IMG/VR virus record: IMGVR_UViG_3300036985_004421
Location: 5,831 to 69,830 of that record
Origin: a virus
Strand: one strand, 5' to 3'
Length of the DNA: 64,000 nucleotides
The notes under the pieces are model-generated. The model was not told the origin of the DNA. It saw only the letters and a program-made list of their open reading frames with translations, and did not search any database. Shown here in pieces: positions 7,335 through 17,042 of the stretch; position 1 is the first letter of the stretch, and each line of letters starts with the position of its first letter. The position numbers and the translations under genes were made by a program.

Positions 7335-7684
7335 TTGTTTACGGGTTCATTAAGCCGCCCAAGGCTGTTAATTGTGTATGTGTATAAGCATCCCTTCCCT
7401 GTCATGTTAGACAGAGTTGCCAGAAGCTTGATTCGAAAGCCGATGGCGCGCCACATGTATCTCTTGACCTCCCTGTTGGGGCTTGACTAACTTCTCTTAA
7501 ACTATCCTTTCGGTAGCATGACGTGACCAAGTTGACGGATGCTAAGTCAGAGCTTGGATTTGTGAGAAAGCGTGAGAACTGTAACTGGTAACTACTCCGA
7601 GGTGGTTTGGACATCTATCGTTTCAGTCCAGGGGTCAGAGTTTTAGAGCCACCCCTATTGTGTCATAGAAACTGGTGGAAATGA

Positions 7685-7790
7685 GAATCCCCCTTAGAAG
7701 CTACTACTCTTCTTCGGGGGATTTCTTTTCGCTTGGGTCTTGTGAACCCGTTGCTAAAGGTCTTTGGTGAGCAGGTAGTAGTTGACTGCG
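7685..7790 (-). promoter_or_regulatory. leader attenuator-like RNA: terminator-type hairpin whose loop is complementary to the 5' end
   Basis: hairpin 7685-7724 (GAATCCCCC/GGGGGATTT on +); its loop GUAGUAG can pair with 5' CUACUAC (7775-7781). Confidence 0.55.
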
Positions 7791-7795
7791 TGGTG

Positions 7796-7803
7796 CAAAT
7801 GTA
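7796..7803 (-). promoter_or_regulatory. Bacteroidota -7 promoter element TACATTTG (leftward)
   Basis: TAnnTTTG followed by CA at the divergence point. Confidence 0.65.
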
Positions 7804-7877
7804 ATAATCTTTTTGTTCGTGAATTGCTATCCGCTAAAAAGTCACTTCGCGTGTAATTCTGTTCGTGAATGGTGGGC

Positions 7878-7885
7878 TATGTTTG
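7878..7885 (+). promoter_or_regulatory. Bacteroidota -7 promoter element TATGTTTG (rightward)
   Basis: TAnnTTTG followed by CG, about 25 nt upstream of ATG 7909. Confidence 0.65.
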
Positions 7886-7908
7886 CGGCCTAACCAATTC
7901 AGAACTAA

Positions 7909-8508
7909 ATGGAAGTAGTTAAGGGTGCGGATAAACTGAAAGAGGACTCCGAAAGAAAAATGTTTGAGGACAGCCAGCCTGTGCTAAGTCCATCAGAGGT
8001 TGAAGCAAAGCAATCTCACGAAGCAGCGAAGCTTGCTATGGAGAAGTACAGGGCTAACCTGATTGAAGTAGCCAAGGAGTACGGCCAGCTTTATGTCATA
8101 GCTAGCAAGTATGGCGAGGAATCCTTGCTAGAGCATGCCTATGGTGTATGGCAGATTCTCCTGTACGTAGAATGTGTTACTGGTGAAATGACAGCCAAGA
8201 CTCAAGCCGAAGCGCATGAGCACATTGGAAAGTATATCTCCGACAAGTTTGTGGCGCTATGGCCCGTTGACCCAAAAACTAAAAAGCCGATAGCTTCTTT
8301 CATCAATGCGGTACGCGGTGACTTGATGGCTTACGAAATGCGGTCAGGCAAAGCCACTGTAACGCTTATGGAAGTGTACCATAATAGCCCAAAGGTGTTT
8401 ACTCAGGATGTGGTATTTGCTATTAGCCTTGCTAATCGCTTGACCATAACTGCTGGCAGATTGCACAGAGAGCGAATGTTAGAGATTAACCCTGAAATTC
8501 AAAACTGA
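7909..8508 (+). CDS. hypothetical protein
   Basis: 199-aa ORF after the promoter. Confidence 0.7.
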   Translation: MEVVKGADKLKEDSERKMFEDSQPVLSPSEVEAKQSHEAAKLAMEKYRANLIEVAKEYGQLYVIASKYGEESLLEHAYGVWQILLYVECVTGEMTAKTQAEAHEHIGKYISDKFVALWPVDPKTKKPIASFINAVRGDLMAYEMRSGKATVTLMEVYHNSPKVFTQDVVFAISLANRLTITAGRLHRERMLEINPEIQN

Positions 8509-9146
8509 TGTTTGACGTAATTCTATCTGGAATACCGCACGACAGCTCTAGTGAGCAAGGTGGTGCGTTGGTAATTGATACATCCTTGTTGCGCAAGGTT
8601 GTGTTGAATAAAAAAGGTGGCCTTGATTTAGAGTACGCAATTGATGTCTACGATGCAGAGCGTCAGGAAACCATGACCACCAAGTTTGCATTGGATAGTC
8701 CTATACCGGTGCATGAGGATTTGACCAAGGTGTTTGTATTGCTTGGTGCCCACCTTGCGTATGTGACCGATCAGGTTACTGACAAGACCAAAGGCTTGAG
8801 TAACCGTATTGTAAAGCAAGAGTGCATGGAGTCAGATGATGAAATCTTTGGCGCCATCTATTGCAAGCAAGTGGTATTAAAAGGCAAGCCTGATGAAGAT
8901 GCTGCGGTAATGCTCTTTGGTGGCCGTAGGCTTAAAAACAAGCAGCATTTGGCATTGAATGGCAGCTTGGTTAAGCTTAATGAAGAGGATTCCACGTATT
9001 CAGAGGTAGGTCAATTGGAAAATCTGATTGAGGACTTACGCTATGAGATTAGCCTGTATCTAGGAGGTAAGCGGAAACCGTTTACTCAAATGGAGATAGG
9101 CTTTACTTCTGCAGACCAAGGGAAGAGATTGAAGAGATTGATGTAG
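8508..9146 (+). CDS. hypothetical phage protein
   Basis: 212-aa ORF, TGATG coupling, PVHEDL...AHLA motif. Confidence 0.7.
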   Translation: MFDVILSGIPHDSSSEQGGALVIDTSLLRKVVLNKKGGLDLEYAIDVYDAERQETMTTKFALDSPIPVHEDLTKVFVLLGAHLAYVTDQVTDKTKGLSNRIVKQECMESDDEIFGAIYCKQVVLKGKPDEDAAVMLFGGRRLKNKQHLALNGSLVKLNEEDSTYSEVGQLENLIEDLRYEISLYLGGKRKPFTQMEIGFTSADQGKRLKRLM

Positions 9147-9174
9147 AGTAATTGGCACGTTGCTAAGAGATAGA

Positions 9175-9208
9175 ATCCCTTGTGGCTTAATTGCTGCAAG
9201 GGATTTTT
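9175..9208 (+). terminator. intrinsic terminator
   Basis: AATCCCTTG...CAAGGGATT followed by a T-run. Confidence 0.65.
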
Positions 9209-9213
9209 ATTTC

Positions 9214-9221
9214 TATGTTTG
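9214..9221 (+). promoter_or_regulatory. -7 promoter element TATGTTTG
   Basis: directly after the terminator, upstream of ATG 9239. Confidence 0.55.
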
Positions 9222-9238
9222 TCGTTCACGAACAGCAC

Positions 9239-9517
9239 ATGATTCTATTACAGGTTGATTCTATTGCTACTGCAGAACGCATCAGTCAACTTACGGTAAA
9301 TGGTCTTTTGGCGCTGGCCGTAGTTATGCTTGGAGTCACATGTACTTACCTCTATAAACAACTTCGGGATATGCAGAAGGATGAAGTTAGTCGGGCTGAG
9401 GAGCGAACTGAAAAAATGATTGCTATTTCTACCGAAACAAAAAACGCCTTTCAGAACTTAACTGTAACAGCCACAGAGATTGTGGAAATTGTACGGGAAT
9501 TGAAATATAAACCATAG
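9239..9517 (+). CDS. single-TM coiled-coil protein (holin-like candidate)
   Basis: TM segment GLLALAVVMLGVTCTYLY followed by a charged coiled coil; start reassigned to 9239. Confidence 0.5.
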   Translation: MILLQVDSIATAERISQLTVNGLLALAVVMLGVTCTYLYKQLRDMQKDEVSRAEERTEKMIAISTETKNAFQNLTVTATEIVEIVRELKYKP

Positions 9518-9521
9518 TATC

Positions 9522-9773
9522 ATGAAATCAAACGTCAAAGAAATTTATGCTAAGTGCGACCAAGAGTTAGACGGGTTGCTCTGTACCATAAAAGATTTTA
9601 ATCAAAGCTTTCCATCATCAGAACTGAATACTAATAAAAAGCATGAGGTTCACAAAGAGGAACACGATAAAGCTTACTCAGAATACGTAAGCACACTGCA
9701 GCGATTCACGGTTCCAAGATTCATTATCGACTTGATTACCCTTGGGTTATTCTCCAAATACATCTACAGCTAA
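9522..9773 (+). CDS. hypothetical protein
   Basis: 83-aa ORF. Confidence 0.55.
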   Translation: MKSNVKEIYAKCDQELDGLLCTIKDFNQSFPSSELNTNKKHEVHKEEHDKAYSEYVSTLQRFTVPRFIIDLITLGLFSKYIYS

Positions 9774-10327
9774 TGCGTACAGCGATAGTCCTATCTTCAA
9801 CCAACACGAAACACATACCTGTAGCCCAAGAGGACGTACAGATATTTTTATTGTCAGAGTCCTATGAAACATTTGAGAAAGCGTATAGCGACATTCATGA
9901 AACTGGTAATGCGGTTGTGCCCTGTAGTTCTGAGTGGGGTGGTCTTACTACAGTTTTAACTCATGCGTATCAGAATCGGTATCAGTTTCTGAAATGGATT
10001 GGCCCAAGTGGGCAGCAAACATTCATTAAAAAAAACGTAGCCATCACCATCTTGATTGATGGGTCGTTTGGAATTTCATTGTATCAGTTACGCAGACTCA
10101 TTCAGTTGGCCTACAAACGAACGCTGACCGAAGAGGAAGTGGTCAACTACATTTTTGATTTGAACTACACATCGAACGGCATTATCTACGATATTGCTAA
10201 GTGGTCAGGAATAACAGTACCAGAGCACATTGCTCCATTGTCATTGAATGATGCACAGGTGTATATCGCTCGTTGGGGTGGAGTACCTGGGGCGGAACGA
10301 TTCAAAACTTCATACGCCATAAAATGA
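9773..10327 (+). CDS. hypothetical protein (response-regulator-like N-terminus uncertain)
   Basis: 184-aa ORF, TAATG coupling. Confidence 0.6.
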   Translation: MRTAIVLSSTNTKHIPVAQEDVQIFLLSESYETFEKAYSDIHETGNAVVPCSSEWGGLTTVLTHAYQNRYQFLKWIGPSGQQTFIKKNVAITILIDGSFGISLYQLRRLIQLAYKRTLTEEEVVNYIFDLNYTSNGIIYDIAKWSGITVPEHIAPLSLNDAQVYIARWGGVPGAERFKTSYAIK

Positions 10328-10704
10328 TAATCTACACTTCCTTGTTTGCGTTGATATGCGCTATGGTGGTAGTGCCAATGTGGTGTCTTGGGCTTCGACT
10401 TATTACTGACTATCCTTCGGGTGGTAATTTTGAGTTTCTAAATCAATTTGAGATAGAACAGCGCAGTAAGTTGTTTTGGAAAGTCAGGAAGTACTTTCTT
10501 GAGAACCATCCATTTTGGGGAAAGCCTATCATTACTTGCGTAAGCTGCATGCCATCAATCCATACGTTGTACGTGATGATGATACTGTATGTCGGCCTAG
10601 AGGTATCATTCACACTTTGGTTTATTCCAAGCTATATCTTTGTGGCTGTATCTTCCAGTTTCGTTACAGGGTACTGGTGGTCTAAATTCAAGCACAATGG
10701 GTGA
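10324..10704 (+). CDS. membrane protein with CxxC motif (DUF1360-like)
   Basis: several TM segments and PIITCVSCMPSIH. Confidence 0.55.
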   Translation: MIIYTSLFALICAMVVVPMWCLGLRLITDYPSGGNFEFLNQFEIEQRSKLFWKVRKYFLENHPFWGKPIITCVSCMPSIHTLYVMMILYVGLEVSFTLWFIPSYIFVAVSSSFVTGYWWSKFKHNG

Positions 10705-10984
10705 TAAATCGAAACGTAATCGACTGGCAGGAACCACTAAGGGTAAAAGTGACTCTGCAAAATTTTACCATGACAATCCGGACGCGCGGAAAAAGAAGCA
10801 AGAGTATGATAAAGCCTACCACAGCACACCAGAACGAAAGAAGTACAGAACCGAACTCAACAAGGAGAATCGAAAGGCGGCACATAAAGTTGGGGACGGA
10901 AAAGATGCGAGCCATACCAAATCAGGAAAGATGGTCGTTGAAAGTCAATCTGCAAACAGAGCTAGAAACAGAGGAAAGAAGTAG
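10697..10984 (+). CDS. small basic HNH-like protein
   Basis: GDGKDASH...ANRARN motif of small phage HNH-like proteins; located near the terminase. Confidence 0.55.
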   Translation: MGDKSKRNRLAGTTKGKSDSAKFYHDNPDARKKKQEYDKAYHSTPERKKYRTELNKENRKAAHKVGDGKDASHTKSGKMVVESQSANRARNRGKK

Positions 10985-10997
10985 GTTCTTTCTCATT

Positions 10998-11225
10998 CTG
11001 CTATCTGACGTTTACATCACCTATCGCCCGTATCAAAGTCGGGAAATCAAGAAAGTACGAGTAAAAGATTTTATCAGTAATTGGTGGTGCGGCCAGCTGC
11101 TCTTGGATATTCCAAAAAAGCAATTCATAGAGCAGGTTGTACGTAGAGCAGGGTTGAAAACCACAGGCTCGAAACCTATTGATTTGAATCATGTAACACT
11201 AGAGTTCAAAAACCTCGTAGGATGA
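10998..11225 (+). CDS. hypothetical protein, probable non-ATG start
   Basis: frame fills the gap to 11222 with an ATGA overlap; candidate CTG start at 10998. Confidence 0.35.
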   Translation: MLSDVYITYRPYQSREIKKVRVKDFISNWWCGQLLLDIPKKQFIEQVVRRAGLKTTGSKPIDLNHVTLEFKNLVG

Positions 11226-11779
11226 TAGGGCCCATATTTAGTATCAATGCTCAAGGTGACTTTGGAATCATAGATGATCGTCTATATCTAGTTCCAGAGT
11301 TTCGTGAAATGCTTGCAAAGCCGAATGGCATTAAGCTTATGCAGTACACGTATTGTATCTGTGACTACTACTCCCCTTACATACGCATTAGCGACCCTGA
11401 CGATAGGGTACTGAAAGTATCGAACGACATTCTCAAGGGTACGCTGACGGAGGATGAAAAGGAATTGGTGCGCAAAGCCACCAAAGCGTATAAGGATCTG
11501 CAGGAGCATCCTCTCATGGAGCAGTACGATGTAATGAAGCGTATGCGTACCTTGATGCAGAATAAAATCGACACGCTTGGTCAAAATGATGGGTCAAAAG
11601 CATCTGACATCATGGCCTTGTCACAGCAACTTGTAAAGTACACGATGGACATGGAGAAGGTGGAAGAGCAAATTCGCGTTAAGAACAACAAGATTGGTGG
11701 TCTATCGAATATCAAGCGTTCCTTATCAATCTATGAGGAACGGGTATTCAAGAAACAAAGGTCAAATGAATCTGAATGA
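11222..11779 (+). CDS. putative terminase small subunit
   Basis: 185-aa helical protein directly upstream of and coupled to TerL. Confidence 0.5.
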   Translation: MIGPIFSINAQGDFGIIDDRLYLVPEFREMLAKPNGIKLMQYTYCICDYYSPYIRISDPDDRVLKVSNDILKGTLTEDEKELVRKATKAYKDLQEHPLMEQYDVMKRMRTLMQNKIDTLGQNDGSKASDIMALSQQLVKYTMDMEKVEEQIRVKNNKIGGLSNIKRSLSIYEERVFKKQRSNESE

Positions 11780-13719
11780 TTTACGGAATAGACTATGCTC
11801 CTGTTGTTCGCTATGGCATTCCAAATAGAAGGGATGGCGAAGGAGCGTATGAGTTGTTCTGGGATGAAGAAACCAATCGCATAGAGAACGGCTACAAGCC
11901 ACCATTAGGAACATGGATTCCTGGGAATTATTATTTCTATCTAAACTACGGAACCATACGTGGATTTCCAGAAGGGCCGAACGGCAAACGTGCCGCCAAG
12001 CCAATACCAATGAAACCCATTTACCGTGATGGCGACCATCATGTGTTTCAGCATCTGCATCAGTGCAAGGTAGATGGGTGGGGTGCTATCTTGCCCAAAG
12101 GCCGTAGACGGGGGTACTCATGGATGATTGACCATGTGGTGCTACATGAGTTCATCACATCGGAATCTGCACAGATGGCCGTAGGTTCTCAAGGAGAGCC
12201 AAACAAGGGGTACGTCAAAGAATTTAGAAACAAGTTCGACCTATCGTTATCACGCCTACCAGACGAGTTGCGCCCAAGCTTGGGCCTAGAGGACAATATG
12301 GAGTTGCTTCGCACAGGATGGTCCGACACGGTGAATGGCGAGAAACGAGAGTATGGCCTGATGAATATCATTCATTGGGTGAACTTTGCAAACCCTGACA
12401 AGCTTCGTGGTCTGCAGTTATCGTTATGCGTATGGGAAGAAGCAGGTGAGATTGACCACTTACTTTCATCATTCCTTGCTACTCTGGAATGTTTTAAGGA
12501 AGGTGACTGGATGTTTGGCCTACCAATTATCGGTGGTACATCGAATAAGATTCGCCATGATTCCATGGACTTCCAAGAAATGTGTGAAAACGCAGAGGAC
12601 AAGTACCATCTACGTCCGTTGTTTTTGGATGCCACTACATGCTACTTTCCAATGTACGACACCAAGACGGGTATTAGTGACCGCGAAGGAGCGAAAGCTT
12701 TGCATGAGGCCAATCTAAAACGATTGAAAAAGACGGACGGAAACGGCAACAATACTGCGTACTGGACATACCGCCAAGAATATCCACAAGAATGGTCCGA
12801 CCTATGGCTGACCTATGGCTCTACAACATTTGACTTAGAGATAATCAACAATCAGATTGCTTACCTCTCCACAAGTGAATCTTCAATGCAAGGGGTGGAG
12901 TATGGAGAGCTTGAGTGGCCAAAGGATAAAGACGGTAATGAGATAGAGGGTGGTATGCCTATTTGGGTGCCGAAATTGGATGGCAAGCTTCTCAAGTGTG
13001 CCGACAATCTACCTCACTTGCAGAACGCGCACAGCGCGGGATATGACCCGTACTTCATTGATGATTCGGTAAACGGTGGTAACCGTAATGCTGACCCCGA
13101 CAATTCAAAAGCAGCATGTGTGGTGCGCAGAAGATACATTGATGGCAATACGCTAGGAGATATGCCATCTATGCTCTACTTTGACAGGCCGTATCTAAAA
13201 GAGGAAAGCTACATGTACACATGGAAAATGTGTGTGTACTACAACACGCAGGTCTTGGCTGAAACTGGTGACGACATGTTCTTTAAGTTCTTCATCGATC
13301 GCAAAATTGCACGATTCCTAAAGCCAAGGCCAATAGCTGCAGAAAGCCCAAACAGCGAAGCGCAGAACCGGTATGGTGTAAACATGAAAGGCTATCAAAA
13401 AGCATTGGCCGAAGGATTAGCTGATAATGATTTGAAACGCAATATTTCTAACCACAGGATGATACCATTGCTCAAGCAATTGGCGGTGTACGGAACTAAG
13501 AATACGGACATTGCAATGGCCTATATGATTGCGCTTATCCATGACTATGACATGAGTAGAATCATGGTCACTGACCAAGCTGATGAAGTAGAGAAATTGA
13601 AGCTGCCATCATTCAGTGAAGTGAATGGTAGAATTGTATCTAATTTTGGAGCAACCAGTAGAGAGAGGTTAAGCAGTACAGGCAATTCATTTTCAGAACG
13701 TTTTAACTACGGATACTAA
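11776..13719 (+). CDS. terL: terminase large subunit
   Basis: Walker A-like KGRRRGYS, Walker B CVWEEAGE, nuclease AGYDPY; N-terminal YFYLNY typical of crAss-like TerL. Confidence 0.9.
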   Translation: MIYGIDYAPVVRYGIPNRRDGEGAYELFWDEETNRIENGYKPPLGTWIPGNYYFYLNYGTIRGFPEGPNGKRAAKPIPMKPIYRDGDHHVFQHLHQCKVDGWGAILPKGRRRGYSWMIDHVVLHEFITSESAQMAVGSQGEPNKGYVKEFRNKFDLSLSRLPDELRPSLGLEDNMELLRTGWSDTVNGEKREYGLMNIIHWVNFANPDKLRGLQLSLCVWEEAGEIDHLLSSFLATLECFKEGDWMFGLPIIGGTSNKIRHDSMDFQEMCENAEDKYHLRPLFLDATTCYFPMYDTKTGISDREGAKALHEANLKRLKKTDGNGNNTAYWTYRQEYPQEWSDLWLTYGSTTFDLEIINNQIAYLSTSESSMQGVEYGELEWPKDKDGNEIEGGMPIWVPKLDGKLLKCADNLPHLQNAHSAGYDPYFIDDSVNGGNRNADPDNSKAACVVRRRYIDGNTLGDMPSMLYFDRPYLKEESYMYTWKMCVYYNTQVLAETGDDMFFKFFIDRKIARFLKPRPIAAESPNSEAQNRYGVNMKGYQKALAEGLADNDLKRNISNHRMIPLLKQLAVYGTKNTDIAMAYMIALIHDYDMSRIMVTDQADEVEKLKLPSFSEVNGRIVSNFGATSRERLSSTGNSFSERFNYGY

Positions 13720-15947
13720 TGTTTCCATCTACACTTGTACCACGCAACAAAGCCGCTAAGGAAGAGTGGCTAACCAATTGGGGCAATGCCATCAGCAATG
13801 CTACCGGATCCAATTATACAAGACGTTTACATAGACTGCACTCCAATTGGCAGCATTACTATGGAAATACAAACACCGAGGATTTCAGATACATGACTGA
13901 AATGTATGGCCTAAGAACGCCAGCTCGTTTTGTTGGATATCCATTCCTCTACAAATTGGTAGAAGCGTTGGTCGGAGAGTCAAGCGGAGATACATTGGAG
14001 TTCTCTGTAGAGTGCGTAGATAGCGACATCATATCCTCAAAACTTGAGAAACGAATAGAAGCCGGCACCAATGTTCTAACTGCAGGACTACGAAAAATAC
14101 TAGGCAATGTGAGTAAGCAAGACTTATTCCAACAGGAAGGTGTAGTAGATGAATTACCCGACAACATTGCTGCACTGGACGAAATGAGTTTTCATGATAA
14201 TGTGGAAGTGGGTATGATGTATGTCATGCGCCACCTGCAGCAGAAGTATGACCTGGATCTCATCTTTGAGGAAGGTATGCGCGAAATGGCCATCAGCTAT
14301 TCGCCTACCTATCGTGTGTATGTAAAGAACGGTGACCCATTTGCCGAAGTAGTCAGCCCGTCAAGAATAACCTATGGCGCTCACGAAAGTTTGAAATGGT
14401 TACAGTACGCTCCATGGGTACGTGACGAACAGGAGATACCATTGGCTCATGTCATAGACGAATACCGCCACGTATTAACGCCAGAGGATATTCGAAAGTT
14501 TGAAGGATGGATGTCAGGTGGTGAAATTAAATCTTCTGATGGTGCTATTCCTTGGGCCAAGTGGGGGCGTTACGATACAGAGAACAAACAGATACTGCTT
14601 CGTGTAGTGCGGTGGGAGTTCATGGCTATAGAGGAAATTGCGATGCGCCAAAGCGCGAATAAGTATGCTCCTAATATGCCATTCCTAAAAATAGTTGCAG
14701 GTGATACAGACTCTAAGGATGTGAAGCGCAAGCCTATCAATATGGTGTATCAGGGTGTGATGATAGCTGGAAAGCATTATGACAAGCGATTACGCAATGA
14801 CCAAGTACGTCACAATGAAGATTACGCTCAAACACATTTGAGCTACTTCGGCTGCGTAAAGAATGGCATCAGCATTATTGATGCTACCAAGGAACTATCG
14901 AACATGATGTGTATCGTGATGTTCCACATAGAATCGATGCTGAATAGGGCAGGTGGTCGTGCGGTGGTATATGACCTTGCACAGAAGCCAAAGAACATAC
15001 CGTTGGAAGATATTTTCTACCATGCCAAGGAAGGGGGTATCATCTTCATCAATACCAAAGAAGAGGGTAGTCAGCTTTCGCGAGGATTCAATCAGTTCCA
15101 ACAAATTGACTTCACCTTATCCAGTTCTATTGAACAACTGTTTCGTTTGAAAGCAATGTTGGAAGACACCATGTCTAGCATTACCGGCATCAATCCAAAC
15201 AGAACTGGTGAAGGTCACCATGACGAAACGGCCAAGAACAATAGCAGCAAAATTCAGCAGTCTACTTACATCACCCAAGCGATGTATGACGACCACTACA
15301 AGGTAGTACAGGATGTGTTTAATGAGTTGTTGAACTTGGTGAAAATTGCATGGAATGACGACAACGAAAGGCTCGTCACAGTATTTGGAGATAGAGGACG
15401 GGAAATAATCAAATTGATGAAAGACTGGTTGGGTCACCATTACGGTCTGTATATCAAGAACTCTCAAAAGGAGAAAGCCAAAAAGCAAAACATTATGGAC
15501 CTTGGGCGCCAAGCCCTTGCTTCGGGCCAAATAGGGTTTGAGCAAATCCTAATGATGGGCAATAAATCGAACTCTAAAGAAATAGAGCGCGTATTCAAAA
15601 AGTCCATGGCAATTATGAAAAAGGAATCTGCAGCAAGTCAAAATGCTAAGATGCAATCAGAGGAAGCTGATAGGCAGTTAAAGCGCGAAGAGATACAGTC
15701 ACGCATTGTAGCTGCACGTATTGAAGCTGGTGCCTACGTGGAAACGAAACGTCTGGAAATATCTGCGCAGTACGGATTAGCCGACAGTCAGAACATGACC
15801 AAGCTTGCACAAGTAGCCGCTGAGAGCACGAACTCACTTGATAAGATAGTCGAAGAGGCTAAGGTAAAATCAGGCGAGGAAATGGCTGCTATGCAACCAC
15901 AACAACTACAAAATACAAATCCGCAACAGCCTGTTGCAACTGAATAA
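13719..15947 (+). CDS. portal protein
   Basis: 742 aa following TerL; ITGINPNRTG motif and C-terminal coiled coil as in crAss-like portals. Confidence 0.85.
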   Translation: MFPSTLVPRNKAAKEEWLTNWGNAISNATGSNYTRRLHRLHSNWQHYYGNTNTEDFRYMTEMYGLRTPARFVGYPFLYKLVEALVGESSGDTLEFSVECVDSDIISSKLEKRIEAGTNVLTAGLRKILGNVSKQDLFQQEGVVDELPDNIAALDEMSFHDNVEVGMMYVMRHLQQKYDLDLIFEEGMREMAISYSPTYRVYVKNGDPFAEVVSPSRITYGAHESLKWLQYAPWVRDEQEIPLAHVIDEYRHVLTPEDIRKFEGWMSGGEIKSSDGAIPWAKWGRYDTENKQILLRVVRWEFMAIEEIAMRQSANKYAPNMPFLKIVAGDTDSKDVKRKPINMVYQGVMIAGKHYDKRLRNDQVRHNEDYAQTHLSYFGCVKNGISIIDATKELSNMMCIVMFHIESMLNRAGGRAVVYDLAQKPKNIPLEDIFYHAKEGGIIFINTKEEGSQLSRGFNQFQQIDFTLSSSIEQLFRLKAMLEDTMSSITGINPNRTGEGHHDETAKNNSSKIQQSTYITQAMYDDHYKVVQDVFNELLNLVKIAWNDDNERLVTVFGDRGREIIKLMKDWLGHHYGLYIKNSQKEKAKKQNIMDLGRQALASGQIGFEQILMMGNKSNSKEIERVFKKSMAIMKKESAASQNAKMQSEEADRQLKREEIQSRIVAARIEAGAYVETKRLEISAQYGLADSQNMTKLAQVAAESTNSLDKIVEEAKVKSGEEMAAMQPQQLQNTNPQQPVATE

Positions 15948-15957
15948 GGTTTCTCTC

Positions 15958-15965
15958 TATATTTG
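15958..15965 (+). promoter_or_regulatory. -7 promoter element TATATTTG
   Basis: TAnnTTTG upstream of the scaffold/capsid operon. Confidence 0.55.
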
Positions 15966-15986
15966 AGCGCACCTAAAACTAATGAT

Positions 15987-17012
15987 ATGGTAGTTGACGC
16001 ACAAGGTAATGTAGTGGCCGCAGAACCCCAAGGGTTCGATGCAAATGCTTTCTTGACAGGAAGGAATACAGAGGTACTTGGAGGTAAGCCAGAAGGGGCT
16101 GCTGCTCCGATTGTACAACAACAAGTTCAAGTAGATACGCCAGCGCCAGTATCGGCTGCTAGTGTAGCTCAAGCAGAAGCAGAAGCCGCTTTCAACCTTA
16201 CGCTCTCTCAACATGCGGCAAGTCGTTTGACTGAACGCTTAGGTGTTACGGACGAAAATCCATTAACAGAGGATCGATTACTCGAATACTTTGACAACAT
16301 AGAGCGTAATGAATCAACCCTACGCGCTCAATTGGTGGAGAGTGGAGTGTACGATAGCGAAGTTATCAAGGACATTGAAAAAACTAAGGCGCTATCAAAA
16401 GAGGATGCTGTAAAGCAGCACCTAATTGCTTTAGGTTTGGATGAAGAGGATGCAGCCACTCGCGTGGAAATCCTAGAGAGCACTGGTGGAATTGACAGCA
16501 TTTACAACAAGTATGTCGCTTCATTGGATGCTAAAAAACAAGTAGAAATTGACCGCCTTAAAGCAGAAAATGCACAGGCGATAGATAAACGTTCCCGTGG
16601 TTTGAACGGCTCAATGAGTCAGGAAGAAGCGGGAAAGCTCACCACTCTGCTCAATGAGCAACTACAGGACGTGAGCACGATTGCTGGTGTGAGTTTTGGC
16701 TCTACACCAGAAGAAGCCCAAGCAAACAAAGCTGCTCATGTGGAGTACTTAGTTTCTGGCAAGTTTGAAAAAGACCTTAGAGAAAACCCGACTGTGTATG
16801 CACAGATGGCGTTTGTCTTTAAGAACCTCAAGACCATTCAGAGCGTTGCTATTAGCAAGGGCGCTGAGTTGGGTAAGGCTGCGATTCTAAGCAAGATTCA
16901 AAATCCAACGACACCAAAATCAGGGCAACCCCCTGTGCCGATGGGTAATGGAGCTGCTTTTGATCCAGTAGCATTTAATCAAGGACGACAAGCGGCTCAA
17001 TCTCAAAAATAA
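15987..17012 (+). CDS. putative capsid scaffolding protein
   Basis: acidic helical protein between portal and MCP; ATG at 15987. Confidence 0.65.
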   Translation: MVVDAQGNVVAAEPQGFDANAFLTGRNTEVLGGKPEGAAAPIVQQQVQVDTPAPVSAASVAQAEAEAAFNLTLSQHAASRLTERLGVTDENPLTEDRLLEYFDNIERNESTLRAQLVESGVYDSEVIKDIEKTKALSKEDAVKQHLIALGLDEEDAATRVEILESTGGIDSIYNKYVASLDAKKQVEIDRLKAENAQAIDKRSRGLNGSMSQEEAGKLTTLLNEQLQDVSTIAGVSFGSTPEEAQANKAAHVEYLVSGKFEKDLRENPTVYAQMAFVFKNLKTIQSVAISKGAELGKAAILSKIQNPTTPKSGQPPVPMGNGAAFDPVAFNQGRQAAQSQK

Positions 17013-17042
17013 AGCCTACTTCGTCCTTAAATCCCATTTGTT

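Noticed and set aside
7402-7614. 70-aa - strand ORF in the long leader
   Set aside because: Atypical Ser/Arg-rich composition and overlap with predicted RNA hairpins; not called as a CDS
806-7752. Shared 13-mer TTGTGAACCCGTT at 806 and 7740
   Set aside because: Several 13-mer matches are expected by chance in 64 kb, and the structural contexts differ
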